In this document: positions 63,747 through 64,000 of the stretch, one piece after another
Numbering within the stretch: the stretch's first letter is position 1
How the letters are laid out: each line of letters begins with the position of its first letter
Source: Macrostomum lignano
Lineage: Eukaryota
Assembly: GCA_002269645.1 (NCBI GenBank)
Contig: NIVC01001504.1
Coordinates: 1 to 64,000 of the forward strand
Reading direction: 5' to 3'
Length of the DNA: 64,000 bases
The notes under the pieces: model-generated
The model's input: only the letters and a program-made list of their open reading frames with translations
Told to the model about the DNA's origin: nothing
The model's database searches: none
Position numbers and translations under genes: made by a program

Positions 63747-64000
63747 ACCGGCGTACTTAACTGGCACTGAGTGAGTGTAGCAAATTATATACAGTAGTGT
63801 AGTAAAAGTACATACGGGTCTTGTTTATTCACCAAGTGTTCGTTTTCAGTCTAGGCCTAAGTCTAAGAGTGCTCGTAGTCGTAGTATAAAAATAATATAG
63901 GCGGATAAAACCCATTACGAGTAGAGTTAGGATGGGATCCCGATCGAAGTTCGAAGTTCTCTACTTAGATCCCACGTAAAAAAGCTGCATTTGCAATTTT

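Overview
Eukaryotic (metazoan) genomic DNA: GC-rich spliced exons, AT-rich intergenic stretches and many tandem repeats. The style resembles a free-living flatworm such as Macrostomum, but that is an inference and no search was run. Minus-strand genes reconstructed by hand from GT-AG junctions and frame continuity: PQBP1-like (frameshifted), PITRM1/presequence protease (two frame breaks), a PSKH-like probable pseudokinase, aminoacylase-1, a 9-finger C2H2 gene, intronless COPS2, a DRGX/Prrxl1 homeobox gene and an AGPAT1/2-type acyltransferase. The plus strand carries a four-KH FUBP/KHSRP-family gene and probably the ATG-only first exon of a further gene at the right edge. Mobile DNA: a truncated FLYWCH-MULE element with 8-bp TSD, a 1.8-kb foldback-like element with 9-bp TSD about 200 bp upstream of COPS2, hAT-like MITEs, a tRNA-derived SINE head and a Penelope-type minimal hammerhead motif. 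Most interesting points: (i) ACY1 and PITRM1 have no usable ATG but open with a phase-0 splice acceptor, as expected if a flatworm spliced leader donates the AUG; (ii) almost every intron and several 3' flanks hold their own private minisatellite; (iii) an MGC-lipidation-type PSKH pseudokinase (HRN/DFA); (iv) a KH protein with a GW/WG-rich tail. No CRISPR array, rRNA or intact tRNA is supported.
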